From NCBI GenBank assembly GCA_963792965.1, contig CAWBYW010000007.1, positions 96,001 to 160,000 of the forward strand: a stretch of DNA of 64,000 nucleotides, written 5' to 3'. Under the pieces are notes generated by a model that worked only from the letters and a program-made list of their open reading frames with translations, did no database searches and was not told the DNA's origin. The position numbers were made by a program, and so were the translations under genes. This DNA is from an uncultured delta proteobacterium. Lineage in GTDB: Bacteria; Desulfobacterota; Zymogenia; Zymogenales; Zymogenaceae. Numbering within the stretch: the stretch's first letter is position 1; each line of letters opens with the position of its first letter. Shown in pieces: positions 30,031-40,834 of this stretch.

Positions 30031-30894
30031 ATGAGCGATAAAGTCATCATCAGCGCTGCACTGACGGGAGCCGCCACGAGAAAGGAACAGAACCCGGCCG
30101 TTCCCTACACCCCCGAGGAGTTCGCGGAAGAAGCCTATAAAGTCTACAACTCCGGCGGATCGATCGTCCATGTGCACGTACGCGACCCGCAGAGCGGGGT
30201 CCCCACACACGAGATCGACAAGATCAAGACTACCATCGACGCCATCCGGGCCAAGGCACCCAAGATCGTCATCAATATGAGCTCGGCCATCGGCCCCTGG
30301 GTTACCAAGGAACAGCGGATCGCCCCGATTGCCGCCATCAAGCCGCCGATGGCAAGCCTCAACACCAACTCCATGAACTTCGGTCTTGCCAACTGGAAGA
30401 CCGGAGAAGTCCCCATGGAGATCGTGTTTGAAAACACGTTTGCGATGCTTATCGATTTCAACAAGCAGATGAAAGAAAACGGCGTCAAGCCGGAGCTCGA
30501 GGTCTATGACATGGGCGGGCTGTTCAACGTGCTGTTGGTCCGCAAGCAGAAGATTTTCGAAGAGCCGATGCACTTCCAGATGGTCTTCGGGGTTGCCGGC
30601 GGCGTCCCTTACGAGCCGTCGATGTTCTCAGAAATGCTTGCCCATCTGCCGGAGGGGGCGACCTACAGCGTCTGCGGCGTGGGGCCCAACCAGTTCCGCG
30701 CCAATATGACGTCGGTGGTCAACGGCGGACACATGAGGGTGGGGCTTGAGGACAACACGCGGATGCCCAACGGCGATCTCGCCAAGGGGAGCTGGGAGCA
30801 GGTCGAGTGGGCCGTCAAGGTCGCAAAGCTTGCCGGCCGCGAAGTGGCGGCGCCCGATGAGGCGCGCCAGATGCTGAAACTGAAAAATAAGTAG
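30031..30894 (+). CDS. Beta-keto acid cleavage enzyme (BKACE/Kce, DUF849)
   Basis: IISAALTG, NPAVPYTPEE, HVHVRD, ASLN, KPELEVYD, GGHMRVGLEDN. Confidence 0.93.
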   Translation: MSDKVIISAALTGAATRKEQNPAVPYTPEEFAEEAYKVYNSGGSIVHVHVRDPQSGVPTHEIDKIKTTIDAIRAKAPKIVINMSSAIGPWVTKEQRIAPIAAIKPPMASLNTNSMNFGLANWKTGEVPMEIVFENTFAMLIDFNKQMKENGVKPELEVYDMGGLFNVLLVRKQKIFEEPMHFQMVFGVAGGVPYEPSMFSEMLAHLPEGATYSVCGVGPNQFRANMTSVVNGGHMRVGLEDNTRMPNGDLAKGSWEQVEWAVKVAKLAGREVAAPDEARQMLKLKNK

Positions 30895-30951
30895 CTCAGG
30901 TAGCATCAGGGAGGCCGGTCTCGGCCGGCTTCCCGGCTTTATGACTGCCTT

Positions 30952-30981
30952 GCCGCAGACAGGATCTGCGGCTTTTTTTTT
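30952..30981 (+). terminator. Intrinsic terminator of the CoA-transferase/BKACE operon
   Basis: GCCGCAGA-CAGGA-TCTGCGGC followed by T9. Confidence 0.85.
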
Positions 30982-31093
30982 GAGCGCTCCAAAGGAATAA
31001 GAGCGGGAAGATATGTGATGTCGAGGCGTCGGGACCCGCGGTCGATTTCTTGGGACCGGCGACGTCGGACGGGCGTAAGAAAGGATAAATTCA

Positions 31094-31122
31094 TTGACTC
31101 GAAGATGACGAGATACTATAAT
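31094..31122 (+). promoter_or_regulatory. Sigma70 promoter of the SPFH operon
   Basis: TTGACT-17 bp-TATAAT, about 30 bp upstream of the ATG. Confidence 0.65.
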
Positions 31123-31152
31123 AGAAAAAATTAAGAAAATAGGAGGTTTCTC

Positions 31153-31917
31153 ATGGGTGGTGCAGCTGGTATCCTTATCCTGGTCGCAATATTCCTTGCG
31201 ATCGTGTTTTCCGCTATCAGGGTGCTTAACGAATACGACCGGGGCGTCATCTTCAGGCTCGGGAGGCTTATCGACGTAAAAGGCCCCGGCCTCATCTTCC
31301 TGATCCCCGTAATCGACAAGATGCTCCGGGTGTCGCTCAGGACCGTCACCATGGACGTTCCCCCCCAGGACGTGATTACGAGAGACAACGTCTCAGTCAA
31401 GGTGAGCGCGGTCGTCTACTTTCGGGTGATGGACCCGAACAAGGCCATCGTCGAGGTCGAAAACTACATGTATGCCACTTCACAGCTCGCCCAGACGTCG
31501 CTGAGGAGTATCCTCGGCCAGGAGGAGCTTGACTCCATGCTGGCGGAGCGGGAAAAAATCAATCTTCATATTCAGGAGATCCTCGACAAGAATACAGAAC
31601 CGTGGGGCGTCAAGGTGTCTCACGTGGAGATCAAGCAAATCGACCTTCCCCAGGATATGCAGCGTGCGATAGCCAGGCAGGCGGAGGCCGAGCGCACGAG
31701 ACGTGCCAAGGTCATCAACGCGGACGGCGAGTTCCAGGCGGCGGCAAAGCTCAACGAGGCGGCCGATGTCCTGGCCAAGAATCCGATCGGGCTTCAGCTT
31801 CGCTACCTTCAGACGCTGGCGGAGATCGCCACGGAAAACAGCTCCACCACCATATTCCCCGTGCCGATCGATATCTTCGAACCGTTCTACAAGGCCATAA
31901 AGGAAAAGAAGAGTTGA
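31153..31917 (+). CDS. SPFH/stomatin-like (slipin) protein
   Basis: [51 protein letters not shown]. Confidence 0.95.
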   Translation: MGGAAGILILVAIFLAIVFSAIRVLNEYDRGVIFRLGRLIDVKGPGLIFLIPVIDKMLRVSLRTVTMDVPPQDVITRDNVSVKVSAVVYFRVMDPNKAIVEVENYMYATSQLAQTSLRSILGQEELDSMLAEREKINLHIQEILDKNTEPWGVKVSHVEIKQIDLPQDMQRAIARQAEAERTRRAKVINADGEFQAAAKLNEAADVLAKNPIGLQLRYLQTLAEIATENSSTTIFPVPIDIFEPFYKAIKEKKS

Positions 31918-32438
31918 GCAGAGACAGCAGCGCGCTGGCAATTGCCGCACAATTGATGGCCCTATCTGTAACGACGGCCCCCAAGTCCCGCGGAGAGAAT
32001 TTCGTCCATACGAAGATCATCGAGGGAAGTGAGGTCAAGAAAATCGCCGATCGGATGGTGAAATTCGGTGCGCGAAAGGGGAAAGCCAATTTTGACCGTG
32101 ATGCCGCGGGAGTTAAGAACTCCGAGGTCATTCTCCTGGTCGGCATAAAGGATGCGACGCCGATACAGCTCAACTGTGGTGCGTGCGGGTACGACACCTG
32201 CGGAAAACTTGAAAAACGAGAGGGGCCGGAGTTCGCCGGCCCCCATTGCGCCCTCAGGCTGCTCGATATGGGCATAGCCCTCGGCTCGGCAGTAAAAACC
32301 GCCTCGATCCTGAATGTCGACAACCGGATCATGTACCGACTCGGCGCGGTCGCGCGCGACATGGGCATCGTCGACTGGGATTTTGTGATGGGAATCCCCC
32401 TGTCTGCAACGGGAAAGAACATTCACTTTGACCGATAG
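31914..32438 (+). CDS. Ferredoxin-like DUF2148 protein
   Basis: [55 protein letters not shown]; TTG start overlaps the stomatin stop. Confidence 0.85.
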   Translation: MSRDSSALAIAAQLMALSVTTAPKSRGENFVHTKIIEGSEVKKIADRMVKFGARKGKANFDRDAAGVKNSEVILLVGIKDATPIQLNCGACGYDTCGKLEKREGPEFAGPHCALRLLDMGIALGSAVKTASILNVDNRIMYRLGAVARDMGIVDWDFVMGIPLSATGKNIHFDR

Positions 32439-33360
32439 CACTCACGATAGCGTCCCGCAGGGAGGATCGGGAAGCGACGGGCGTTTTGCGGCACCGATCG
32501 GCGACGGAAGGGACAAGAAGATTGGTTTTCGTCTTCAGCTCGTTCTTTTTCTCGTTACCGTTATCACGACGCTCATCGCGGGAAGCTCTTTTTCGGTTCC
32601 GCCGCAGGATTTGATCAAAGATCCGCTCCTCCTAAGAGAAGGGATACCCTTCTCTTTCTCGCTGCTCGCCATCCTTCTGTCCCACGAGATGGGCCACTTC
32701 ATTACCTCCCGGCGCTACCGCGTGGACGTGACGCTCCCATACTTCATCCCGGCGCCGCCTATTTTCGGAACGTTCGGCGCGGTCATTAAGATGAAGTCGG
32801 CCATCAGGCAGAAGGCGGTGCTCCTCGACATCGGCTCAGCGGGGCCGCTGGCCGGGGTGACGGTCGCTATCCCCCTCGTCGTGGTGGGCCTCCTGAATTC
32901 TCACCTGGTCCCGATATCGGGAGCAGGAGGAGACTATCTGATATTCGGCGATTCCCTCCTGTTCAAGTTTCTTTCTTTTCTTGTCTTCGGGAAAATCCCC
33001 GAGGGGTACGACATCATGCTTTCGCCGATTGCCTTTGCCGGTTGGGCGGGTTTCCTGGTCACGGCGCTCAACCTCATGCCGATGGGACAGTTGGACGGAG
33101 GCCATATCTCCTACGCGCTGTTCGGACGGGGTCATCGTTACATATCGCGGGCCTTCGTGGGAGTTTTAATCGTGCTCGGGGTCGTCTATTACGTGGGGTG
33201 GCTCTTGTGGGCGGTCTTGGTGCTTATTATCGGTGTTGACCATCCTCCGGTCTATGACGATGAGTTGAAACTCGATACGAGGAGAATGATCATCGGCTGG
33301 TTTTGTTTTTTTCTCTTTATCGTGACTTTTATCCCAATACCGGTTAAGATAGACTTTTAG
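32428..33360 (+). CDS. Site-2 protease (M50 intramembrane metalloprotease)
   Basis: HEMGH, GTFGAVI, AGPLAG, NLMPMGQLDGGH. Confidence 0.95.
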   Translation: MTDSTHDSVPQGGSGSDGRFAAPIGDGRDKKIGFRLQLVLFLVTVITTLIAGSSFSVPPQDLIKDPLLLREGIPFSFSLLAILLSHEMGHFITSRRYRVDVTLPYFIPAPPIFGTFGAVIKMKSAIRQKAVLLDIGSAGPLAGVTVAIPLVVVGLLNSHLVPISGAGGDYLIFGDSLLFKFLSFLVFGKIPEGYDIMLSPIAFAGWAGFLVTALNLMPMGQLDGGHISYALFGRGHRYISRAFVGVLIVLGVVYYVGWLLWAVLVLIIGVDHPPVYDDELKLDTRRMIIGWFCFFLFIVTFIPIPVKIDF

Positions 33361-33446
33361 ATAGAAGCAGGATGAACGGTAGTCCGTCACGCACAGCAGA
33401 GGCCGGAAAAAGAAAACCCGACCTGTTTTGAAGAAAGGGAGGTCTT

Positions 33447-34292
33447 ATGTCTCAGTATATCCATGATGAGGGAAGCTTCGAGAGCGTTCACGCCACGAAG
33501 ATATATTTTCAGTTCTTCAAGCCCAGATCGTACAAAGACGTCATTATCTATATCCACGGGACGGGAGAACACAGCGGGAGATATCTCTTCCCCATCGAGT
33601 ATTTCATCGACAAAAAGGTCGCCTTTTACGGGCTGGATCTCCGCGGTCACGGCAGGTCGGGGGGAAAGTGGGGACACATCGACAGGTTTACCGATTATCT
33701 CAATGATTTAAAGACGTTCTATAACATCGTCAAAAAACGCGAGGGAGACAAGCGACTGTTCTTGATGGGACGCGGACTCGGCGGCCTGATCGCCGTACGC
33801 TACGTCGAGGAGTACCCGAACGACGTGGCCGGCGTTATCCTCTCCTCGCCTGCGCTGAAAGTTCGGCATGAGGTTTCGCCGCTGATGGTGACCATCGGGG
33901 AGAAGCTCTCGAAATACCTCCCGAGGTTTTCGATGACCAACGAGATCGACCCGATATTCCTCACGCACGACAAGGACGTCATCAAGAAATATATGGAAGA
34001 CGAGCTGGTACACAACAAGGTGACGGCACGCTTTTTTACCGAATGCCTATCGGCCATGAAGGTGGCGTTTCAAAAGGCGGAAACGGTAAACCTCCCGTTC
34101 CTGATCCTGCACGCGGGCGCCGACGAAGTAGTATCTCCCGAAGGGAGCCGCGAGTTCTTTGACACGATCCCGTCCGGAGACAAGACGCTCCTCATCTACG
34201 AGGGGATGTATCATGAGATCACCAACGAAGTCGAGCGGGGCCGCGTCTTCAAGGACATCGAAAAGTGGCTGAAACCGAGGATGAGCCAGTAG
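33447..34292 (+). CDS. Lysophospholipase/monoglyceride lipase-family alpha/beta hydrolase lacking the nucleophile Ser
   Basis: HGTGEHSGRY, DLRGHGRS, HAGADEVV and YHEITNE are conserved; the elbow reads GRGLGG. Confidence 0.88.
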   Translation: MSQYIHDEGSFESVHATKIYFQFFKPRSYKDVIIYIHGTGEHSGRYLFPIEYFIDKKVAFYGLDLRGHGRSGGKWGHIDRFTDYLNDLKTFYNIVKKREGDKRLFLMGRGLGGLIAVRYVEEYPNDVAGVILSSPALKVRHEVSPLMVTIGEKLSKYLPRFSMTNEIDPIFLTHDKDVIKKYMEDELVHNKVTARFFTECLSAMKVAFQKAETVNLPFLILHAGADEVVSPEGSREFFDTIPSGDKTLLIYEGMYHEITNEVERGRVFKDIEKWLKPRMSQ

Positions 34293-34443
34293 CGCGGACG
34301 GGTGAACCGGCCGAACCTCCAGAAAGGGACGACGTGCGCCGTGTGAGGACGGGCCCCGCCGTTTTTCAGGAGCTGCCGGAAGGCAGATAGATCGAGGTCT
34401 GCAGGAACTGATGATGCGCAACGCAAACGGCTTCCCTTAGGTT

Positions 34444-35410
34444 TTATCGAAAGAGACACGCGCAGAGTCTGCCGCCGCCCTTGTTTTCGAGGGGCGGCTC
34501 TTTTTTTGAGCAGATCGGGCGCGCCTCGGGGCAGCGCGTGTGAAACCTGCAGCCCGACGGGATGAAGATGGGGCTGGGAATATCACCCTTGAGTATGACG
34601 CGCTTCTTTTTATGGTCACCCCCGACCGTGGGCACCGCCGAGAGGAGGGCGATAGTATAGGGGTGAAGCGGCTTGGCGTAGAGCTCTTCCTTAGGCGAGA
34701 GCTCGACGATCCGGCCGAGATACATGACGCCGACCCGGTCGCTCAGATACCGGACCACGCGAGAGGTCGTGAGAGATAAAGACATACGTAAGATTGAATT
34801 TTTCCTTCAGGGTGGTCAAGATATTGAGGATCTGCGCCTGGATCGAGACGTCGAGGGAAGAGACGGGCTCATCGGCGATGATCAGGTCGGGCCCGACGGC
34901 AAGAGCCCGGGCGATCCCTATGCGCTGACGCTGGCCGCCGGAAAACTCATGGGGATAGCGATAGAGGTGCTCTTCGGAAAGCCCCACCTGGCCGAGTATC
35001 TCCGTGATGCGGGGGCGCATCTCGGATTTCTTGCAGATGTGGTGGATCTCCATCCCCTCGGCGATGATGGAAAAGACGCTCTTTCGCGGGTTGAGCGAGG
35101 AATAGGGATCCTGAAAGATGATCTGGAGCTTCGCGCGGAGGCCCCGGAGGCCGGCGGGCGAAAATGTCGCCAGGTCGCGGCCGTCGTAGAAAACCTTTCC
35201 TTCGGTGGGTTCCTCCAGCCTGAGGACGAGCCTGCCGAGGGTGCTCTTGCCGCATCCGCTCTCCCCAACGATGCCGATTATCTCCCCACGCCGGATGGCG
35301 AGGTCAACTCCGTCCACCGCCTTGACGGTGAAATCCTTCTTCCGCAACAGTCCCCTGCTGACGGGATAATACTTCTTGAGGCCGATCAGAGAAATCAGTG
35401 GTTCCATCAT
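34444..35410 (-). CDS. oppF: Oligopeptide/dipeptide ABC ATPase (OppF), frameshifted near 34762
   Basis: [28 protein letters not shown], then FISHDL in one frame continuing as [15 protein letters not shown]...HPYT...GCRFHTRCP in another. Confidence 0.9.
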
Positions 35411-35414
35411 ACGC

Positions 35415-36380
<966 letters not shown>

Positions 36381-36455
36381 GCGAATACCTCGTCTTTTTA
36401 TTGTAGACGAAACGTCGGGATAAGACAACGAAAAATCGAGTCCGCTCTTTTTGAC

Positions 36456-36511
36456 TTGACAGGCGGACCCGTAACGGTATAATAGTAACACGAAATACTA
36501 AATAATAACAC
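36456..36511 (+). promoter_or_regulatory. nikR promoter with candidate NikR operator
   Basis: TTGACA-16 bp-TATAAT (36456-36483) followed by GTAACAC-N13-ATAACAC (36485-36511). Confidence 0.6.
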
Positions 36512-36527
36512 TATCGGGTGTTCGTGC

Positions 36528-36953
36528 ATGAGCAATCTCATCAGATTCGGCGTCTCACTTGACCGCGAGCTTTTACAGAAGTTCGACGCCTATCTCACCG
36601 AAAAGGGGTATGAGAACCGGTCGGAGGGTATACGCGACCTCATCCGAGACGCCCTTGTCAAGAAGGAGTGGGAAACCTCGGACAGCGAAGAGGAGCGTAT
36701 GGCCGTCGTATCCATTGTATACGACCACCATGAATCCGACCTCCCCACTAAGCTCACGGAAATTCAGCACGAACATCATGGGGTCGTCCATTCGGCCCTG
36801 CATATACACGTGGACCGCCACAACTGCCTTGAGATCCTCGTGCTGCGGGGATTGCCACGCCATATTATCGATCTCGGCAACAAGCTGATCAGCACGAGGG
36901 GCGTTCGTCACGGCAAGATGATCCTGACGACGACGGGAAGCGGCCTGAAGTAG
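36528..36953 (+). CDS. nikR: Nickel-responsive regulator NikR
   Basis: RFGVSL ribbon, NRSEGIRDLIR, YDHH, QH, HIHVDRHNCLE. Confidence 0.97.
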   Translation: MSNLIRFGVSLDRELLQKFDAYLTEKGYENRSEGIRDLIRDALVKKEWETSDSEEERMAVVSIVYDHHESDLPTKLTEIQHEHHGVVHSALHIHVDRHNCLEILVLRGLPRHIIDLGNKLISTRGVRHGKMILTTTGSGLK

Positions 36954-36963
36954 GAGACGCAGC

Positions 36964-37645
36964 ATGCACATTCCGGATGGTTTTCTTTCGCTGTCGGTGA
37001 GCGCGGCAACGTATGCTGTATCGGCCGTAATCGGCGCGATAACGCTCTTTCAGGCAAAGAAGAAATTCGCCGAGCGCTTCGTTCCCCTTGCGGGAATCTC
37101 GGCGGCCTTCATCTTCGCTGCGCAGATGATCAATTTTCCTATTGGCGGCGGCACGAGCGGGCATTTCCTTGGGGCGATGCTGGCGTGTATCCTGTTGGGT
37201 CCATCGGCGGGATTTTGGGTCATGATCCTCGTGCTGACCGTGCAGTGTCTCGTCTTCGCTGACGGCGGCATTACATCCCTCGGGGCTAATGCGCTAAACA
37301 TGGGGATCGTCGGCAGGTATCATATCCTACGGCATCTTTATGCTGGTTGTTGCGATTCTCCCGAGGGGGAAGGGTTCCTTCTTGTCGGCGGCCTTCGGTG
37401 TCTCATGGTTTGCAGTCGTGCTTGCGGCCTTCGTGTGCAGCATGGAGCTCGGCATATCGGGCACAATTCCCTTCAGGGTAGTAGTTCCCGTTATGATCGG
37501 CTCTCATATTCTCATCGGACTGGGCGATTCGATCGTGACAACGGCGGTCCTTTCCTACATGCTCAATGCCAGGCCCGACCTCGTCTATGCATGGGTCGAG
37601 GGCAGGGCCTCGTACATGGAAAAAGAGGTGACGGCAAATGGATGA
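36964..37645 (+). CDS. nikM: Ni ECF transporter S component NikM (CbiM family), frameshifted near 37313
   Basis: MHIPDG N-terminus, AAFIFAAQMINF, GTSGH, ADGGITSLGAN; continues in the +1 frame as IISYGIFMLVV...HILIGLGDSIVT...RPDLV. Confidence 0.9.
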
Positions 37646-37949
37646 GAAGAAGAAGAATATCCGATTCGTCGTCATCGCCCTCTTCGTATGCCTTGCCGTT
37701 GCGTTTTTCCTGTCGCCCTTTGCCTCACCGAACCCCGACGGCCTCGAAAAGGCTGCGGAAAAGCTGGGTTTCGCGCACCTCGGCGAGGCGTCGGTTTGGG
37801 CGCACTCGCTTATGCCCGACTACAGGGTCCTGTTTCTCGGAGGAACGAGGGGCTCGGGGATGGTTGCGGGCCTCATCGGGACGCTGCTGGTATTTGCCCT
37901 CGGATGGGGGGTGGGGGCAATCCTCAAGAGGAAGAAGAAGGATACCTGA
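37638..37949 (+). CDS. nikN: PDGLE-domain protein (NikN)
   Basis: SPFASPNPDGLE, MPDY, AGLIGTLLVF. Confidence 0.9.
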   Translation: MDEKKKNIRFVVIALFVCLAVAFFLSPFASPNPDGLEKAAEKLGFAHLGEASVWAHSLMPDYRVLFLGGTRGSGMVAGLIGTLLVFALGWGVGAILKRKKKDT

Positions 37950-37993
37950 GTACCATCGTGGCGCCGTGACGCGTGAAATCGGCACGAAATGAG

Positions 37994-38018
37994 AAACCCG
38001 ACACGTGTCGGGTTTTTT
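37994..38018 (+). terminator. Intrinsic terminator after nikN
   Basis: AAACCCGACA-CG-TGTCGGGTTTTTT. Confidence 0.8.
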
Positions 38019-38042
38019 CTTTGGACTATCCGGCCGGGATTC

Positions 38043-38711
38043 TCACTCGATCCCGAGGATCTGCATCCCCTTGTCGCGGAGCTCCTCGAAAGAATCCGGT
38101 CCGCCCTTGAAGACGAGACTGATCCCTTCCATGCCCTCGTCGAAGATATCGAGATTCGTAGAGTGAGCGGCGGTAAAGATGATGATGTTGCGCGTGGGAA
38201 CCTGCTTGCGGACGATAGAGATGAACGTAGTCCCTGACATCGTCGGCAACACCATGTCGATGACGAGAAGATCGGGAAGTCCCTTTTTTAATTCGACAAG
38301 GCCCTCCTCGGCCGTTTCCACTAGCACGATGTCCCGTACATCGTCTGAAAAGAGGTCGTGGATCTGTTTGCGGGTCAGCTCGGAATCCTCGACGACGAGG
38401 ACTCTCTTATCGGCCTTCGGCTTGCCCTTAGGAACCTTCTTCATGACGAATTTCTTGACAAGCCTCGTCTTGGGAGACGGGGAATCGGCCGAGGCCTGAT
38501 CGGAGGCGTCGGCCGATTTCTTGTCGGTGCCGTCGTTTTGAGGCGCCGGTTTCTCGGCTACCGGATAGGCATCGGAGTCAAATCCGAATATAAACTCCGT
38601 ACCGCACTGGGAGCATTTTATCGGACGCGTGGCGCTTTCCGAGACCACTTCTTCAAGGTCGAGGAATATTTTTTTCTTGCATTTTGGGCAGTGGGTTTCG
38701 ATCAGGTTCAT
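38043..38711 (-). CDS. Zinc-ribbon (MJ0042-like) + response-regulator receiver protein
   Basis: CPKC...CSQC, linker, then VLVVEDS...LVIDMVLP...IIFTA...FKG. Confidence 0.85.
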   Translation of the reverse strand: MNLIETHCPKCKKKIFLDLEEVVSESATRPIKCSQCGTEFIFGFDSDAYPVAEKPAPQNDGTDKKSADASDQASADSPSPKTRLVKKFVMKKVPKGKPKADKRVLVVEDSELTRKQIHDLFSDDVRDIVLVETAEEGLVELKKGLPDLLVIDMVLPTMSGTTFISIVRKQVPTRNIIIFTAAHSTNLDIFDEGMEGISLVFKGGPDSFEELRDKGMQILGIE

Positions 38712-38860
38712 GGTAGTTTCATCGTCCTCTTACCTAAAATTATATGTGATTAGTCCCGAATGTGTCAAGGGGATAACTCTTTCTCTCGTTTATGTGCTCC
38801 TGCCGTATCTCCATTGACATTCATCGACGGATATGATACATGGAAAGGAGAGGGGATGTT

Positions 38861-39478
38861 ATGCAGATCATCAGAATCAATCCCAAGAATCCGGAAAATC
38901 GCCTCATCAGAGTGGTTGTCGAAAGACTCAGACAGGGAGGGGTGATCGCCTATCCTACGGATACCATCTACGGTATCGGGTGCGACATCTTCCAAAAAGG
39001 CGCGATAGAGCGCGTCTACAAGATAAAGGAGAAAGACCCGCACAAGCCCCTCAGTTTCCTCTGCCCGAATCTCAATGATATCAGTACATTTGCCCAGGTG
39101 GGAAACCAGGCCTACAAGATCATGAAACGGCTCGTGCCCGGACCTTACACGTTTATCCTCGAGGCGTCCCGGAATGTCCCGAAGATCATGCTCAGCAAGA
39201 GAAAAACCGTGGGCATCAGGATACCGGATAACAGGATCTGCATCGAGCTTGTTCAATCCCTCGGAAACCCGATCATCACGACGAGCGTCAGGGATAAGGA
39301 GAACGAGCTTTTCAACGATGCCGAGGAGATCGCGGAGCGGTTCGGGAAACTTCTCGATATCGTAGTCGACGGGGGGAAGATTGTGCCCTATCATTCCACG
39401 ATCATCGACCTCACGGCAGATACCCCCACGATCGTGCGTGAAGGAAAGGGCGATACGTCGATCGTCTTCGAGGAGTGA
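38861..39478 (+). CDS. Sua5/YrdC/YciO family (threonylcarbamoyl-AMP synthase-like)
   Basis: YPTDTIYGIGC, PGPYTFIL, TVGIRIP, STIIDL, IVREGKG. Confidence 0.93.
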   Translation: MQIIRINPKNPENRLIRVVVERLRQGGVIAYPTDTIYGIGCDIFQKGAIERVYKIKEKDPHKPLSFLCPNLNDISTFAQVGNQAYKIMKRLVPGPYTFILEASRNVPKIMLSKRKTVGIRIPDNRICIELVQSLGNPIITTSVRDKENELFNDAEEIAERFGKLLDIVVDGGKIVPYHSTIIDLTADTPTIVREGKGDTSIVFEE

Positions 39479-39999
39479 GTGGGCGGTCCGTTATTTTATC
39501 GCCGGGACGGGAATTATATGGAATTTGTCGGAGTTATTTAGTATACTGAATCGGATTTTTGCCGGGAAGAATGCGATATCGATAGAGGCTCGGGTCAAGC
39601 TCCATTATGTGCTGAAAACGCATGCACCCAGGAGAAACTCCAAGAAACCGTTTGTTCTGACTCTCGCCGACGGTGCCATTATCGGGGAAGTAATTACCAC
39701 CCTCGGGTTGCTGAATGATCGGACTAAGTACTATTCGTCGGATCCGAACGGCCGGGAAAGACCGACTTCTTATCGACGGGGATACCCGTAGAATCCTCCC
39801 GCCGGTTATCGATGGATGAATAAGTTGTCACTGCAGCGTTTTCTTAATGTATCTCGGGCACACGAAGCATACGTGGCGGCAGATGAACTGACGAACGTGA
39901 CGACAGAACATAACCTCCCAAAATGGGAGGTTTTTTTGTATCCGCGGAGCAGCCACTGTGAGCGGGATAAGAGAATCCGGGGCAAGAACTAAAATTTCC

Positions 40000-40038
40000 T
40001 TGACATATATAACGTTGTTCCGTACGATAACATCGTTC
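40000..40038 (+). promoter_or_regulatory. Promoter of the TetR-headed cluster with tandem operator-like boxes
   Basis: TTGACA(40000)-17 bp-TACGAT(40023); TAACGTTGTTC (40010-40020) and TAACATCGTTC (40028-40038) overlap it. Confidence 0.6.
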
Positions 40039-40051
40039 ACAAGCCGGCCTT

Positions 40052-40720
40052 TTGATGAACCCAGTAGAACGTCCTGACATGGAAAACGTCATTGCCCTGC
40101 GGATTGAAGCGGAAAAACAAGAACGGATTGAGCGAATCCTGAACGCAGCACTGAAGCTCTTTCTGGAAAAAGGGTATCTCGGCGCTACTATGCGCGACAT
40201 CGCTCTTGAAGCCGAGCTTTCCACCGGGGCCATCTACGTCTATTTCTCCGGGAAAGACGAGATTTACGAAAAAGTCTGTGAAGAGGCGTTCCTGGTCGTT
40301 ATCGGTCTTATCAAGGAGGCGGCCTCGATAGGGGGCGCACCAAAAGATCGCATACGGGCAATCGCTCACCAATATGTTACCTTCTATACCGACTATGCCG
40401 AGTATTTCGAAATGCTCACGTTCCATGATCTCGGTTTTACTAAACGCGGTCAATCGGAACATCTCAGAGAACGGCTCAAGGATTTGACCGCGCAGGCCGT
40501 GAGTATCATCGAAGCCGTCGTCGTGGACGGAGTAGCCACCGGGGATTTTTCATCAGACCTCGACAGCACCCAGGCAAGTTTCAACCTTTGGGCGGGATTG
40601 GAGGGTGTTCTCATCCTCGATATGATGGGGTATCTCAAGAGCTTTAATCTGGATCTGGAAAAGGTCGTACTGTCTCAGCTGGAAATATTGCTCACGGGCG
40701 TCATTGCAAGAGCCCGGTAA
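40052..40720 (+). CDS. TetR/AcrR family transcriptional regulator
   Basis: RILNAALKLFLEKGY.GATMRDIA.EAELSTGAIYVYFSGKDEI; start could be the ATG at 40079. Confidence 0.95.
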   Translation: MMNPVERPDMENVIALRIEAEKQERIERILNAALKLFLEKGYLGATMRDIALEAELSTGAIYVYFSGKDEIYEKVCEEAFLVVIGLIKEAASIGGAPKDRIRAIAHQYVTFYTDYAEYFEMLTFHDLGFTKRGQSEHLRERLKDLTAQAVSIIEAVVVDGVATGDFSSDLDSTQASFNLWAGLEGVLILDMMGYLKSFNLDLEKVVLSQLEILLTGVIARAR

Positions 40721-40834
40721 TAAAACAACGCTTCGTCGCGAAGAGCAAACGAAGCGAAAGACGATGATAACAGATCATTATCGGATCGTTTGAAACAGGC
40801 CTTCATATAAAATAAGTAGTATGAGGAGATGACT

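Noticed and set aside
30031-30894. Lysine-fermentation kce assignment
   Set aside because: No kamA, kdd or kal nearby, and the amine-binding motif residues differ.
36964-37992. Apparent 342-aa NikM with a novel C-terminus
   Set aside because: Artefact of a +1 frameshift near 37313; the true NikM C-terminus and NikN lie in other frames.
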